Made by a program: the position numbers and the translations under genes
Assembly (NCBI GenBank): GCA_025462735.1
Contig: JAOAPC010000003.1
Span: 144,391-208,390, forward strand
DNA from: Acidobacteriaceae bacterium
GTDB taxonomy: Bacteria; Acidobacteriota; Terriglobia; Terriglobales; Acidobacteriaceae
DNA length: 64,000 nucleotides
Direction of reading: 5' to 3'
Shown here: piece by piece, positions 62,741 to 64,000 of the stretch
Numbering within the stretch: position 1 is the first letter of the stretch
Layout: every line of letters starts with the position of its first letter
The notes under the pieces: generated by a model
What the model was told of the DNA's origin: nothing
Database searches by the model: none
Seen by the model: only the letters and a program-made list of their open reading frames with translations

Positions 62741-63907
62741 TTAAATAAGTACGAGCTCATTTTGCATTCTACCAGTTACTTCAGCGCCATTGCTGCGCAC
62801 GAGCATGTTGATCTCGCTGCGCACACCGAATTCAGGAAAATAAACTCCTGGTTCGATAGAAAAACAACTATTCGGTAGGATGCGGCGCTCGTCATGCACT
62901 TCGAGGTCGTCCATGTTGGCGCCGTTGGCGTGGACTTCGGTACCAATCGAGTGGCCGGTACGATGCACGAAATAACTGCCGAGACCAGCTTTCTTGATGA
63001 AGCTGCGGACGGTCTGGTCCACTTGGTATCCGGCAATGGTTTTGCCAGCGGCAGTGGATTCCTGCACGAATTTCGCGCCCGCATCCCGGGCATCGCGCAC
63101 CGCTTGAAACACTTCCTGCATACGATCGGATGGCGCCTTGCCGACGAACCCGGTCCACGTAATGTCGTAGTAAACCGCGTCGGGTACATCTTTTTTGGCC
63201 CAAATATCTAGCAGCACAAAATCGCCTTCGCGGATTGCAGCCGAGTTCGTGCTGCTCGGTCCGTAGTGCGGATCGCCGCTGTTCTTGTTTACCGCCACCA
63301 CCGGCGAATCCGAGGTGACCAGATTCTCTCGACGGAATGCTTCGAGAATCCATTGCTGGATTTCAAATTCGTTGGTTCCACGTTTGCGAGCACGACGGCC
63401 GATTTCCTGGAATGCGGCGGCAGTAATTTTGTCCAGGGAATCGCGGGCGGCGAAGTGGGTCTTGATCTGCTCCTCAGTCAGCGTGGCTTCGAACAGAGCC
63501 ACCAGATCGCCCGAGCTCACGATGTTCTTTCCTAAACCGCGTACCCACTCCAGGGTCCCGCCATCCACAAGCGAAATTGTGAAGATGCTGTTATTGGGCG
63601 AGTACTGCATGGCAATGTCGCGATGACCCGCCAGCAAGTGCTTGAGTCCGTCGAACAACTCCTGCCAGGCGGCATAGGACCGCTTTGCGCCGGGTAAAGT
63701 GTCGAGATGCCCGGCTTCAATTTTATGAACCAGCTTTTGCGGCTCGCCCTCAGCGGGAATCAGATAAAACCAGCGGCGCGTCACCATCAGCTTCTCGGGG
63801 AGGCCGAGCACCCGGTAGGCAATGGGATCGCGATGATGGTGGTCGTAGAAGAGCCAGGCATCGAGGTTGCGCTCGCGCAGGGCAGACTGGATCAAAGCTA
63901 GATTCAT
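62741..63907 (-). CDS. M24 family metallopeptidase (Xaa-Pro aminopeptidase-like)
   Basis: Start taken at MNLALIQSALRERNLDAWLF. Pita-bread metal ligands are in context: LLDIW, HRTGHSIG, FSIEPG. The track ORF extends 13 codons upstream from a TTG. Confidence 0.88.
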   Translation of the reverse strand: MNLALIQSALRERNLDAWLFYDHHHRDPIAYRVLGLPEKLMVTRRWFYLIPAEGEPQKLVHKIEAGHLDTLPGAKRSYAAWQELFDGLKHLLAGHRDIAMQYSPNNSIFTISLVDGGTLEWVRGLGKNIVSSGDLVALFEATLTEEQIKTHFAARDSLDKITAAAFQEIGRRARKRGTNEFEIQQWILEAFRRENLVTSDSPVVAVNKNSGDPHYGPSSTNSAAIREGDFVLLDIWAKKDVPDAVYYDITWTGFVGKAPSDRMQEVFQAVRDARDAGAKFVQESTAAGKTIAGYQVDQTVRSFIKKAGLGSYFVHRTGHSIGTEVHANGANMDDLEVHDERRILPNSCFSIEPGVYFPEFGVRSEINMLVRSNGAEVTGRMQNELVLI

Positions 63908-64000
63908 ATGGGCGCAGACATTGTAAATACTGGGAGAGTCTTTCAACTAGTGGGGCGGGCGCCGAGCTGGTTGTTCAGTCTTAAACGGCCAGCTCAGGAT

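Noticed and set aside
1-64000. Scan for tRNA/rRNA/tmRNA genes, integrases, transposases, restriction-modification, CRISPR-Cas or other known defence genes
   Set aside because: None were found by eye: no GGTTCGAATCC-type T-arms in intergenic DNA, and no recombinase or nuclease ORFs. A tRNAscan, Rfam or defence-finder run would be needed to be certain.

Overview
The window is a roughly 58% GC bacterial chromosomal segment. Gene content suggests Acidobacteriota (a PEGA-domain Ser/Thr kinase, a TonB receptor with an N-terminal carboxypeptidase-regulatory-like domain); this is inference only. Most of it is housekeeping: folC, accD, cobO, mnmE, ruvAB, msrA, pyrD, queA, polA, glmM-cdaR-cdaA, xseA, rlmH-rsfS-nadD, obg, rpmA-rplU and rimP-nusA-infB-DUF503-rbfA-nrnA. 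There is also a cobalamin riboswitch ahead of a TonB-dependent receptor, a two-permease MacB-type ABC/MFP exporter, metallopeptidases, and a GT39 glycosyltransferase. I found no rRNA, tRNA, CRISPR array, integrase, transposase or recognisable defence genes. The most unusual points are listed below.

1. A lower-GC islet at 32.5-35.1 kb encodes a 608-aa polytopic membrane protein (Cys cluster, SH3b-like segment, poly-Pro tail) plus a DUF3592-like protein.
2. A P-loop NTPase gene is bracketed by 38-bp direct repeats. These repeats duplicate the 3' end of the neighbouring kinase gene, which looks like an insertion footprint.
3. A translationally coupled cheR-HDOD-cheB operon has no MCP, CheA or CheW in the window, and its CheB receiver domain lacks the phospho-acceptor Asp.
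4. REP-like hairpin elements found in intergenic DNA also sit in-frame inside mnmE (twice) and polA.
5. Intergenic spacers carry a pervasive set of about 7-nt-periodic arrays, usually as inverted pairs, plus MITE-like GTCATYCCGA elements.

All functional calls come from reading the translations; no database search was run.
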